Both the position numbers and the translations under genes were made by a program. This document shows, piece after piece, positions 36,363-45,033 of a stretch of 64,000 bases of DNA (within the stretch, counting starts at the first letter, position 1; each line of letters begins with the position of its first letter). The stretch is from the IMG/VR virus record IMGVR_UViG_3300038412_000041. One strand, given 5' to 3'. Source of the DNA: a virus. Lineage: Duplodnaviria > Heunggongvirae > Uroviricota > Caudoviricetes. The notes under the pieces are model-generated. The model saw only the letters and a program-made list of their open reading frames with translations, did not search any database and was not told the origin of the DNA.

Positions 36363-37367
36363 ATGGCGGTTCCCAAAGCTAAACAAGAATTGAAAAATAT
36401 CACGTATCCTTTTGATAAAAATGCAAAGTTGGAAGTGCCTCTTGGCATAGAACTTACCATGATACCTCAGGAGATAACTGGAGGTAGTAACAGAAGAGAG
36501 TCAAATTTGCTCGATGCCTACTCTGAAATCTGTGAGAAGCTTTTAGACTTTCATAATGTTGCGTACAGAAGCGCACACCGAGATAGTTACTGCATTGAGG
36601 TTACCTCAAAAGTATTAAATACTTGGGGAGAGTTGGCCGTATTTTATAGTTCTGTATCAGAAGTCATGTTACGACTTGGATTCAAGCCTCACTCTGAAAA
36701 TATAACTAGTGGAGGTGGTCATATACATGTTGGCCCTCTGACACTGGAAGAAAATATCTGTATCTTCCGCGATATTCAGAATCGACCGGAGTTAGTATGG
36801 GTATTCAATGATCCATTTGATAAGAGGTCCGCAAATACGTTTACAAAAGATTTGGAAGATTTGGACCCAGACTTTATAGAGATAACAGGAAAGCTGAATT
36901 ATGATCCTTCCATATTTACTGATGGTGAAGATAGTATTTCGTCTAAGGCTAGACTTGCTTTAACTTTCTTTGGTAATACAAAGTTTTGTAGTGCGAGTAC
37001 TTTACCCAGAGAAAAAACGAAAAGTATTAGATACGCATCTGGTCAAGAGACCTTAGAATTTAGATTTTTCGACAGTCCTTTTGATTGGGATGACCAGAGG
37101 GCTCAAGTGCTTTTCGTTGAGGCGTACATACGGTACATCCGTAAGCTAGTAGCTAAAGGAGGAGTTAAAACCACGGTCTATAAGATGGTTTTCGAGAAAG
37201 ACCAAATAACACTCGATGAAGCCAAAACAAGGTTCATTTCTTTCATGATAGAGTTAGGTCTTGATTATCATATGTTTGACCGTCAAATAGAAAGGAATTT
37301 GGTTGAACGTTTCAGAAAGAGTGTATTACGTCAAGCTGACGATGATGTAGATAGTGATGAAGATTAA
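36363..37367 (+). CDS. putative amidoligase (COOH-NH2 ligase, glutamine-synthetase-like fold)
   Basis: LGIEL, D.Y.IEVTS, GGGHIHVG, TLEFRFF. Confidence 0.72.
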   Translation: MAVPKAKQELKNITYPFDKNAKLEVPLGIELTMIPQEITGGSNRRESNLLDAYSEICEKLLDFHNVAYRSAHRDSYCIEVTSKVLNTWGELAVFYSSVSEVMLRLGFKPHSENITSGGGHIHVGPLTLEENICIFRDIQNRPELVWVFNDPFDKRSANTFTKDLEDLDPDFIEITGKLNYDPSIFTDGEDSISSKARLALTFFGNTKFCSASTLPREKTKSIRYASGQETLEFRFFDSPFDWDDQRAQVLFVEAYIRYIRKLVAKGGVKTTVYKMVFEKDQITLDEAKTRFISFMIELGLDYHMFDRQIERNLVERFRKSVLRQADDDVDSDED

Positions 37368-37472
37368 AGGATAAAATAGCTTTGGTATTCCAGCAATATT
37401 GGTTGATAATGAGGACTTATGAAATGAAAATGAAAATCGAATTGACAGACGTAGTGGTTAAAAAGCTTTTTA

Positions 37473-37958
37473 ATGAATGCTGTAAGATCATCAATCACCT
37501 CTTTTCCTTACGATTATTACAAACATGTTCGCAAATTAGTATTTCCAAAAGGAATTAATGCATTCGTTGACGAACTGATTCAGGATGTGGAAACTTCGGC
37601 TTTTGGTTATTTGCAATTAGAACTAAAACGAACACTTGTTTATGAAAACAGCTATTCTAGAGGAGAGTATTGCCCGATTTACTTCCCTCTTTCTTTTTAC
37701 CAGCTTCCTAAGATTAAAGAGCTAAGAGCTAATATCAGGAAACACATAAATGACAGGAAGAAAATGCTCAGACTCAAAGAAAGAGAAAAGCTAGAGAAGG
37801 AAGAAAAACAAAAAAGAAAGATCAAAGAAGGTATCGCTGCCAACAAGTCTAATGAGTACATAGCGTATCTAACGCCAGATGGCGAACTAGTGACCTCACG
37901 AAGAGGAAAGACCATCCCTGGTGACTGGAAAGAAGTCACTTGTAGAATAATCCGATAG
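37473..37958 (+). CDS. hypothetical protein
   Basis: 161 aa, start uncertain. Confidence 0.6.
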   Translation: MNAVRSSITSFPYDYYKHVRKLVFPKGINAFVDELIQDVETSAFGYLQLELKRTLVYENSYSRGEYCPIYFPLSFYQLPKIKELRANIRKHINDRKKMLRLKEREKLEKEEKQKRKIKEGIAANKSNEYIAYLTPDGELVTSRRGKTIPGDWKEVTCRIIR

Positions 37959-37967
37959 GAGAACCAA

Positions 37968-38366
37968 ATGGAAAATCTTGAACTGGAAAAAGAAATCAGC
38001 AAAAGTTATTATATCTCGTTAACGGATTATCTAAAACACTATGAAGCTCTAAAAGATAAAGATGCATACCTTTTATGGAATCCGCTGCGTAGCGCACCTA
38101 CGGTTGTCCATCTGTTTCAGTCCTTGGCTGTAAAAGAGGCTACTCGTCTGCTGGAATATAATGAGGGTCCTTTTCTCCAATTAAGTATTGAGCGTGTGTA
38201 CACAAGGCCTGTTTCTCAACTTTTGGAAATCAAGTTGAGGAATTGCAACCTGAATCTCACTGATGCTGACTTGAAAGAGCTTGAAACTTTACCTAAAGCT
38301 TTATTGGAACAGTTAATGTCGCCTAAGGCGAAAGAGATTGTAAGTCGTCTAAACGCTTTACTTTAA
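37968..38366 (+). CDS. hypothetical protein
   Basis: 132 aa, AGGAG RBS. Confidence 0.65.
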   Translation: MENLELEKEISKSYYISLTDYLKHYEALKDKDAYLLWNPLRSAPTVVHLFQSLAVKEATRLLEYNEGPFLQLSIERVYTRPVSQLLEIKLRNCNLNLTDADLKELETLPKALLEQLMSPKAKEIVSRLNALL

Positions 38367-38376
38367 AGGAAAAATC

Positions 38377-38631
38377 ATGGAAACAAAAGATCAGCACTTG
38401 TCTTTCGCAATAGGTACAACGGTACGAATCAAACGCAAGCGTTCTACCCATAACCATGGAAAAGAAGGAATCGTTGAGGATGTATCTGTTTGTCAAGGAG
38501 CTTTATCTTATATGGTAAGCGGAAGTGCCTGGTATGACCAAGATGAGCTTGAGTTTATTAGTTACCCAACTGAAGAAACTTTGGATCAAGTCTACAAAAT
38601 GCACGAAGAAGAAGACGAAGCCGAAGACTAA
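38377..38631 (+). CDS. small KOW/SH3-like beta-barrel protein
   Basis: F.IGTTVRIK....GKEGIVED. Confidence 0.6.
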   Translation: METKDQHLSFAIGTTVRIKRKRSTHNHGKEGIVEDVSVCQGALSYMVSGSAWYDQDELEFISYPTEETLDQVYKMHEEEDEAED

Positions 38632-38643
38632 GAGGATTCTGCA

Positions 38644-39231
38644 ATGAAACTCAAAGATGTAATACAACGCTTGGACAAATCATCAACAAACGAAATTCGT
38701 TATGATGTAAGCGAGTTTTGCGAAGCTATTGAAAGATTCCACCTTAATCCCGATTGGGAAAAATTTGAAGAGTCTTTTAAATTTTATTGGGTGACCAATT
38801 GGATATGTACTGATGCTTGGGTCGGTTTGTCTATAGGTTTTTTGAATGATGATCCTGTATGTACAGTATATCAACATGCGCGAAGAAGCAGCATAATGGT
38901 TGCTTTCTTCTCAAAGGAAGCAGCAGACAAAGTTTTCCAGTTTTTAGAAAGCATCATTGATCCTAGATATTCTGCTATTGATCTGGTTGATTTGGATATG
39001 GATATTCAAGAAACCTATAATGTTGATTATTCCTCAGAACTATTGACGAAACACGGATATGTTGACTCGAAGCCTGTAAAAGTGGTAGACTTGTTGATTG
39101 GTAGCTCAAATTATGGCATTAGCCATTCAATAAAGGTACAGTATAAAGATGGAGTAGAAGAAATCATAGCTGTAAATAGATTGAGAATCCCTATTCATTT
39201 ATCAGGTACAAATGATGACTTTTCATCTTGA
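38644..39231 (+). CDS. hypothetical protein
   Basis: 195 aa, GAGG RBS. Confidence 0.7.
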   Translation: MKLKDVIQRLDKSSTNEIRYDVSEFCEAIERFHLNPDWEKFEESFKFYWVTNWICTDAWVGLSIGFLNDDPVCTVYQHARRSSIMVAFFSKEAADKVFQFLESIIDPRYSAIDLVDLDMDIQETYNVDYSSELLTKHGYVDSKPVKVVDLLIGSSNYGISHSIKVQYKDGVEEIIAVNRLRIPIHLSGTNDDFSS

Positions 39232-39583
39232 TAAGAGATTGACTACAACAGGCAAAAGCAAACGAAAGCAAAAGTGGAAAAGTGCTGAACACAAAAGACA
39301 GGCTGAACAAAACAGATTGAATTGGGAAGCACTGAAAGCAAAGTATCCTTCAAAAAGTAAAGTAAGAGTAGAAGCATTAACCATTCCTAAGTTAGAACAC
39401 CGATCTTCTGCAAAAGTTTTAGAATCCAAGCCTGCAACTGGTTGGGATAATTGTACAAAGAAAGCTTCACCTGTGTATAGTGGAACAGCAATGATAGGCA
39501 TTGCAACCATGCATAAGAGCAACTCTGTTCCAGTCTTCAGCAAAGAGGAAGCTGTAGATATTTCAAAAATGCGTAGAAACTAA
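39212..39583 (+). CDS. conserved large-myophage hypothetical protein
   Basis: C-terminal VYSGT...GIATMHKSN.VPVFS.EEA.DISKMRR motif, recalled from T4-like phages. Confidence 0.7.
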   Translation: MMTFHLDKRLTTTGKSKRKQKWKSAEHKRQAEQNRLNWEALKAKYPSKSKVRVEALTIPKLEHRSSAKVLESKPATGWDNCTKKASPVYSGTAMIGIATMHKSNSVPVFSKEEAVDISKMRRN

Positions 39584-39588
39584 AAGAG

Positions 39589-39963
39589 GTGATTATGGAA
39601 AAACCAAAGCTTTCAAAAGAACACCAGGTAAGTTACATGTCTCAACTTGAAACTCACATGCAACAAGTTCAAGAACGACAAATGTACTTCAAGGTAGGTG
39701 ATTCCCCACACGTTTACATTGAAACTGTTCCTTTAACAATAGACCAATGGATTGCTGCTGGACGTCCTTATAACTGGACGTTAGAAGAACGACTCATGGT
39801 TAAAGGTCGACTGATCGAAGTTTTAATAGATGTTGGTTACGGAGGTATAGCACTATTCATCAATGGTACGTTTGCCGCATTCGGTAAAAAGAATATCGTG
39901 TTTGAAGATTTGGTTATCCTTGATAAGGAGTACTATCAAGTATCCAAACTCATTTGGATTTAA
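39589..39963 (+). CDS. hypothetical protein
   Basis: 124 aa, GAGG RBS. Confidence 0.65.
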   Translation: MIMEKPKLSKEHQVSYMSQLETHMQQVQERQMYFKVGDSPHVYIETVPLTIDQWIAAGRPYNWTLEERLMVKGRLIEVLIDVGYGGIALFINGTFAAFGKKNIVFEDLVILDKEYYQVSKLIWI

Positions 39964-39972
39964 AAGTTAAAG

Positions 39973-40048
39973 GCCGGTATAGCTCAGATGGTAGAGCAGT
40001 TGATTTGTAATCAAAAGGTCGTGGGTTCGATCCCTACTACCGGCACCA
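39973..40048 (+). tRNA. tRNA-Thr (anticodon TGT)
   Basis: Acceptor GCCGGTA/TACCGGC, anticodon loop TT-TGT-AA, GTTCGAT T-loop, CCA. Confidence 0.95.
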
Positions 40049-40055
40049 AGTTCAT

Positions 40056-40140
40056 GGGGTTGTGGTGAAATTGGTAGACACAAGGGACTTAAAATCCCTC
40101 GGCTTACGCCATGTCGGTTCGAGTCCGACCATCCCCACCA
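40056..40140 (+). tRNA. tRNA-Leu (anticodon TAA)
   Basis: Anticodon arm AGGGA-CTTAAAA-TCCCT, long variable arm, CCA. One T-T mismatch in the acceptor stem. Confidence 0.93.
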
Positions 40141-40153
40141 AATATAAAGGAAA

Positions 40154-40963
40154 ATGAAAATGGCACACATCGAAATTAAGGCACGCATCAATAAAAGCAC
40201 GGTGAAGGAACTCATCGGTCTTCTTCTATTAAAGTCATTGAAAGATTTTAATCCAAACATAGTAGAAAAGGTCACTATAAAGAAACTGTTAAAACTAGTT
40301 CTCAAAAATGAAGATATAAAGAAGCGATTGAAACAAATCGTATCTCTAGAAAAGGTCATAACGCTTGAGTCTAATGATGACAAACAGATCAAGGCAAAAT
40401 TTAGCGTTGAGCCTTCCAACTTAGTTGATACATACATTGATCCTACTGTACGAGAGATAGTTAATATGGAAGTGGAAAGTGTAAGGAAAAGTCTAAATCA
40501 AACAGGTGGATTAATTAAACAGTCTACTAATTTAGATACTTCCACTGATACATCTGCTTCGGATTTTGATTCTATGCTCAAGGAGTTAACAAAGAGAGCG
40601 CAAAGTTTGGGTCTGACGTTGATTGAATACGCACCAGCGGCAGAAGAGAAAAATGAGGAAATTGTAAATATAATGAAAGAAGCAGCTAGTTTAGGCTACG
40701 AAGTGGTTGATGACCCTGATTGGGAGCTTGAATGCTACTTCCATCAAAACGCTGGTGTAAAACGTAGTTACGTAGGTTCTATCTATAGGTTTAACAATAG
40801 ATACTCTGTAGACTCTAACTATATGCCAGATGTTGCTAATGGTTTGGTTTCCATAAAAGAGGCAAAGAAAATACTGGAATCTGCCTATGCAAAACACATG
40901 AAGAAGAAATTGAAGAGTAAACAGTTCTTTTACGAACCAATAAAACAAAGGGATGATGCCTAA
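40154..40963 (+). CDS. hypothetical protein
   Basis: 269 aa, AAGGA RBS. Confidence 0.7.
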   Translation: MKMAHIEIKARINKSTVKELIGLLLLKSLKDFNPNIVEKVTIKKLLKLVLKNEDIKKRLKQIVSLEKVITLESNDDKQIKAKFSVEPSNLVDTYIDPTVREIVNMEVESVRKSLNQTGGLIKQSTNLDTSTDTSASDFDSMLKELTKRAQSLGLTLIEYAPAAEEKNEEIVNIMKEAASLGYEVVDDPDWELECYFHQNAGVKRSYVGSIYRFNNRYSVDSNYMPDVANGLVSIKEAKKILESAYAKHMKKKLKSKQFFYEPIKQRDDA

Positions 40964-41041
40964 TGACTAATAAAGGACTTAACATTAAATACTACCAAAA
41001 TTACGATTCTCATTTGTGTACTTTCACAAGGAGAATTGAGA

Positions 41042-41356
41042 ATGAGCAGAACCTACAGATTCAAGAAAGACAAGTGGTTGATATCTGAATACTCTATTCT
41101 ACGAAAATATGTAGGCTACGGCAGATATAGAAATGTTGACGCCAAAAGCAAAGAAGGTAGAAAGATACTAGCTGTCTTTCGTTCGGATAAGAAAGCAGGC
41201 ATTATGCGTTGGAGTGGTCCTGGTTGGTTTATCCACATGTTTGTTGAAGAGTCTCATCGAGCAAACTCAAGAGATACTCTAAAAAAGTATTTTCGGTTTC
41301 CAGACGAAGACCTTCTTATTGAAGGTAAACCTACTAACGACCAATATTGGTTTTAA
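41042..41356 (+). CDS. basic hypothetical protein
   Basis: MSRTYR start, AAGGAG upstream. Confidence 0.62.
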   Translation: MSRTYRFKKDKWLISEYSILRKYVGYGRYRNVDAKSKEGRKILAVFRSDKKAGIMRWSGPGWFIHMFVEESHRANSRDTLKKYFRFPDEDLLIEGKPTNDQYWF

Positions 41357-41360
41357 AAAC

Positions 41361-41437
<77 letters not shown>

Positions 41438-41452
41438 CTTTAAAGGATCATC

Positions 41453-41800
41453 ATGATTTCCATTAACGTTGTCTTAATCTTGTTGTTTACCCATTTCTAT
41501 GCAGACTTTATTCTGCAAACAGATTATCAAGCTAAGAACAAAAGCAGCAGTAATAAGGTTTTACTGCTGCATGTTTCTATCTATTCTTTACCTTTCATAG
41601 CAATCTCCTTGTTCTTAGGTCTGCCGCTTGTCTATGGTCCTTTGAATGCTGCTCTGCACTTTTGCACGGACTATGTAACCAGCAGGATAACCAAACGTCT
41701 GTGGCTCAACAAACAAGTTCACTGGTTCTTTGTGGTTATAGGTCTGGATCAATTTCTACATTATGCAGGCTTGCTTTTGACATATCAGTACTTTAAATAG
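41453..41800 (+). CDS. DUF3307-family membrane protein
   Basis: HFYADFILQ, LLLH...Y, HFCTD, GLDQFLH. Confidence 0.85.
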   Translation: MISINVVLILLFTHFYADFILQTDYQAKNKSSSNKVLLLHVSIYSLPFIAISLFLGLPLVYGPLNAALHFCTDYVTSRITKRLWLNKQVHWFFVVIGLDQFLHYAGLLLTYQYFK

Positions 41801-41810
41801 GAGCGCAATC

Positions 41811-42095
41811 ATGGAAAACAAAAATATAAGTGTAGGTGATTTGGTGCAAGTATCTAAACCAACTAGTTGTTGTGGCAAGAAGCCTTTGCGATCACCTACA
41901 TTTGTTGTCGCCTCTTTTGTAACAGGTATATCTGCATATTGCCGTTATTGTGGTAGTGACGTAACTAACCACACGACAGTAAAAGAGAATCTTTCAGACA
42001 AAGAAGGCTGGGATTTATCAATGCTTGTAAAGATTGCAGGTCCTGCCGAAGAAATTGCGATTTCTACAGAAAAGGAAAAAGATACGGTCAGCTAG
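41811..42095 (+). CDS. hypothetical protein
   Basis: 94 aa, CCG and CRYCG motifs. Confidence 0.62.
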   Translation: MENKNISVGDLVQVSKPTSCCGKKPLRSPTFVVASFVTGISAYCRYCGSDVTNHTTVKENLSDKEGWDLSMLVKIAGPAEEIAISTEKEKDTVS

Positions 42096-42105
42096 TTACA
42101 TTAAT

Positions 42106-42182
<77 letters not shown>

Positions 42183-42363
42183 AGTTCATTGAGTTCTTAA
42201 ATGATGACAAATTTCATTTGTGAATTAAAGTTTGTGAAACTGTGTTTGCTTAGAAAGAAAGGTTGTGTGATCTTGACTAATGTATTAGGTCTAGTAACTA
42301 AGCACTACGGTTTTTATGACTATATACCTTACATTTTGCTTAGAAAATCCAAAGTCTGCGTGG

Positions 42364-42392
42364 TTGACAAAAATCATGATTTAAAGTATAAT
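42364..42392 (+). promoter_or_regulatory. perfect consensus sigma70 promoter
   Basis: TTGACA-17 nt-TATAAT. Confidence 0.88.
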
Positions 42393-42420
42393 GAACTAAC
42401 GGAGTTTATTGGAGAAAAAC

Positions 42421-42660
42421 ATGGAACAAGTTACCGTACAGACTGCCTGGAACTTCCTTAGATCACTGCACAAAGTATGCCACTTCCAAACTAAAGAAGG
42501 CAAAAAAGTAGGGGAAGCCTCTACCAGCGAATTAAAACGCTGGATTCAAAACAAGGTGTTGTTAATCAATGGTGAAACTGTAGGTTGGGATGAAGTATTG
42601 GATTTTCCTTTAATCTCAGTAGTACTTTTTCCGAAAGGACAAACCATAACCCTCTTGTAA
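42421..42660 (+). CDS. small S4-like RNA-binding domain protein
   Basis: STSELKRWIQNKVLLINGETV resembles the S4 motif S.SEARRLI..G.V.ING. GGAG RBS before the ATG at 42421. Confidence 0.55.
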   Translation: MEQVTVQTAWNFLRSLHKVCHFQTKEGKKVGEASTSELKRWIQNKVLLINGETVGWDEVLDFPLISVVLFPKGQTITLL

Positions 42661-43070
42661 CAAGTCGTGCTTTCTGAAGAGTCTCCGACTATAAATGAGA
42701 CGAAACGTTCATAGAACGTCAAAGCTGACCTCACGATGTAAGCTTGAAAGGTTTCGGCACTTGGCAGGTGCTGAATAAATCGTGCGGTCTCAAAGGAAGA
42801 GCCGACTTTGGGGCAAGCTGTGGTTTGAATATCTAAAAGGTATGCAAACCGCAACCTCTAGCACTTTGATAAAGAGACGTTTTTTAAGAATGCCTCTTTG
42901 TACTGGCCGGTATCAGAGTGCTACTGGTTGCTCAAAAATAGGGCTGATATATGGTAGTGGCTATCAGCATCTACCAGATGCAGGTCGAAAGCATTGTGTC
43001 TTTACGATGCGTCTGGATAAATAGATGGAAGGGTTACCGACTTTTAACAAAGTTTTTGAGCAACCCTATT
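42655..43070 (+). ncRNA. candidate ~400-nt structured non-coding RNA (family not recognised)
   Basis: At least 8 stems seen by eye, including 42859-42871/42911-42923 (13 bp with one G-U), 42926-42938/43053-43065 (13 bp perfect) and a 5'/3' closing helix 42655-42667/43038-43050. No credible ORF. Strand inferred from the promoter and from G-U pairs. Confidence 0.62.
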
Positions 43071-43091
43071 TCATTTCATTAGGAGACAAAA

Positions 43092-43898
43092 ATGTCTACT
43101 TTAAGTGTATCGGGAAAAATCCGTGCAGTATTTGATTCAAATCCTGGTCGTTTTCTCACTGCTAAAGAAATAGCAACAATCCTTGATCTTGAAGCTACAC
43201 AGGTATCAACTGTTCTATCTGTAATTTTTAGCTCAAAGTCAAACTGGCTTGAACGCAAACACCAAACACAGATAACAACTACTAATGGAAAGTCTCGTCA
43301 TAAGACAGTGTATGCCTATGCACTGGCTATGCCTGAGAGTCTCAAACAAGAGACAACAGACTTGTTTTCTGCTAACGAGCCTGCTAAAGTCCCAACATCA
43401 AGTGCTCCTACTAAGGAGCTACTAAATCAAACGTTGCTCTCGGTGGAGACCCAGCTACAGAAGACGTTTGAGTCAATAATCTTGACTGCATTTGATAATG
43501 CAGCAAAGTCCGTTATCCCTGAATTGGAAAAGCGTTTACAGTCAATTGTGAATGCCGTGTTGATTCCAATATCAGGCCAACAAACTGCACCTGCTATAGA
43601 AAAAGAACGAAAACCAAAAGTATTAATAGCAGGGCTAATCAACTCTCAAATCCAGATCATTGAGAAAAAATTCAAAGATCATTTTGATCTTCGGTATTGG
43701 AGGTCAGAGCAAAGTCTTAAACAGTTAAAGTCTTCGATCAAGAGTATGGACGTTATCCTTGGGTTCACTGGAAAACTCAATCATTCTGCTGACGAGATAA
43801 TGGCACAGTCTGACAAGTACATACGAATATCAGGTGGTATGTCTTCCTTGGAAGAAGAGCTTGTCAAAATGTACGTTGAGATTTCAGAAACCAAATAG
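43092..43898 (+). CDS. N-terminal winged-HTH plus C-terminal DUF2325-like domain protein
   Basis: LTAKEIATILDLEATQVSTVL (HTH). KVLIAGL ... DVILGFTGKLNH ... GGMSSL (DUF2325-like pattern). Confidence 0.62.
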   Translation: MSTLSVSGKIRAVFDSNPGRFLTAKEIATILDLEATQVSTVLSVIFSSKSNWLERKHQTQITTTNGKSRHKTVYAYALAMPESLKQETTDLFSANEPAKVPTSSAPTKELLNQTLLSVETQLQKTFESIILTAFDNAAKSVIPELEKRLQSIVNAVLIPISGQQTAPAIEKERKPKVLIAGLINSQIQIIEKKFKDHFDLRYWRSEQSLKQLKSSIKSMDVILGFTGKLNHSADEIMAQSDKYIRISGGMSSLEEELVKMYVEISETK

Positions 43899-43920
43899 TT
43901 AAGAAATATACCTGGTGTTG

Positions 43921-43953
43921 AGTGATACAACAGTGATACAACAGTGATACAAC
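43921..43953 (+). repeat. 3 x 11-bp perfect tandem repeat AGTGATACAAC
   Basis: Three exact copies. The first 9 nt resemble the array repeat AGTGAATCA. Confidence 0.9.
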
Positions 43954-44004
43954 AGTATTGCAGCGTAAGCGTATCAATTTTTCATACTAACAATGGGAGC
44001 CTAT

Positions 44005-45033
44005 ATGAAATACGATCAGATTAAATTGTTGGTTCGTGGTGGTTATCAGATTCAAAAGTTACGTGTTCAGATGGGTAACAGAATCGTCGCAAACTTTAAA
44101 ACAAAGCTTGGGCAAGAGCCTGGAAAAGACGAAGAAACCATGAGCCCTGAAAGCCAGAAGATTTTAAGCGATATTCGCGCCAGCTATAACAAAATCATGG
44201 ATGGGTTAAAGCGTTTCCCTTATGCTGCCAGATTTAAAGGTGATGCCATTATCTCCAACTTTACAGAGCTTTGTCTGGTCGAGCAGTATGTAAAGATTGA
44301 AGATCAGGAGATAGAACACGATCTACGTCTAAAGAATGCCTTGGGTTTTGTACCTATCTATACGGAATTTTTGGAGAAGGTACCGGGCTGCGGCGTCAAG
44401 ATGAGTGGTGTAATCATTAGTGAGATTGACATATACAAGGCAAAGTACTCGTCTAGTTTGTGGAAGTATGCAGGCTTGGATGTTGTGACAAATGCTCCGC
44501 TCAAACAAGCAGCACATCTTTATAAGGTAGACGGACAAACACTTGACAAACTTCCAGATGGTGAAACCTTTACCACTGACGAAAATGTAAAAATTGTTCG
44601 CAATGGCGATACTGTAGAGTTTGTTGACGGCCAAGGAAGAAGCCGGATTAAATCACACCTGGTAACCCATAACTATCTTGATAGTGAAGGTTGTGAGAAG
44701 CAGCGGCTTGGTATTTCATTTAACCCGATGCTGAAAACAAAGCTTGTAGGTGTGCTTGGTGATTGTTTTCTACGAGCAGGTAAATCCAAGTACACGGATT
44801 TTTACTACAACTATAAGACACGGTTGAACAATGACCCACGTCATGCTGATAAGACCAAGGCACATAAGCACAACATGAGTATTCGTTATATGGTCAAACG
44901 GTTCTTGGTTGATCTGTATGTAAATTGGCGTACTCTTGAAGGTCTTCCTGTTGCCGACGAGTATGCAGTAGCAAAGCTTGGATTTGTTCACCAAGAAGGC
45001 AAAGAGCGGCACTTGGAAAGAAAAGTAGGTTGA
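44005..45033 (+). CDS. tasA: TasA-like Nop-domain RNA-guided DNA-binding protein (IS110-related, no nuclease domain)
   Basis: N-terminal coiled coil QKLRVQMGNRI. IS110/Nop-like core FLEKVPGCGVKMSGVIISEID...SSLWKYAGL. C-terminal FNPMLKTKL, YK.RL, H.HNM..RYM.K.FL.DLY..WR.LEGLPV. No N-terminal DEDD RuvC and no HNH. GGAG RBS before the ATG at 44005. Array starts at the stop codon. Confidence 0.85.
   Translation: MKYDQIKLLVRGGYQIQKLRVQMGNRIVANFKTKLGQEPGKDEETMSPESQKILSDIRASYNKIMDGLKRFPYAARFKGDAIISNFTELCLVEQYVKIEDQEIEHDLRLKNALGFVPIYTEFLEKVPGCGVKMSGVIISEIDIYKAKYSSSLWKYAGLDVVTNAPLKQAAHLYKVDGQTLDKLPDGETFTTDENVKIVRNGDTVEFVDGQGRSRIKSHLVTHNYLDSEGCEKQRLGISFNPMLKTKLVGVLGDCFLRAGKSKYTDFYYNYKTRLNNDPRHADKTKAHKHNMSIRYMVKRFLVDLYVNWRTLEGLPVADEYAVAKLGFVHQEGKERHLERKVG

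Noticed and set aside
37411-37520. Possible frameshift joining MKIELTDVVVKKLF (37424) to the 37473 ORF
   Set aside because: The good RBS lies before the out-of-frame start, but there is no internal homology to confirm a join and no clear slippery site.
42201-42461. 86-aa ORF in the track
   Set aside because: No RBS, and it runs across a perfect sigma70 promoter and the next gene's RBS. Probably spurious.
42782-43024. 80-aa ORF in the track
   Set aside because: No RBS, atypical composition, and it lies within the structured segment.
42655-43070. tmRNA, RNase P RNA or group I/II intron
   Set aside because: No tRNA-like GGGG...CCA ends or tag ORF, no GAGGAAAGUCC or ACAGAA conserved regions, no group I P7 or group II domain V signature, and no interrupted gene.
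43532-43544. Possible self-target of the array (GCGTTTACA followed by GTCA)
   Set aside because: Only 13 of 18 nt match, and only for a spacer pairing that conflicts with my preferred edge/loop assignment. With ~20 guides, two orders and two strands, such a match is plausible by chance.
44005-45033. IS110/IS1111 transposase of an insertion sequence
   Set aside because: It shares the C-terminal motif but lacks the N-terminal DEDD RuvC domain needed for recombination. No IS ends are visible, and the adjacent non-coding DNA is a periodic array rather than a single bridge RNA.
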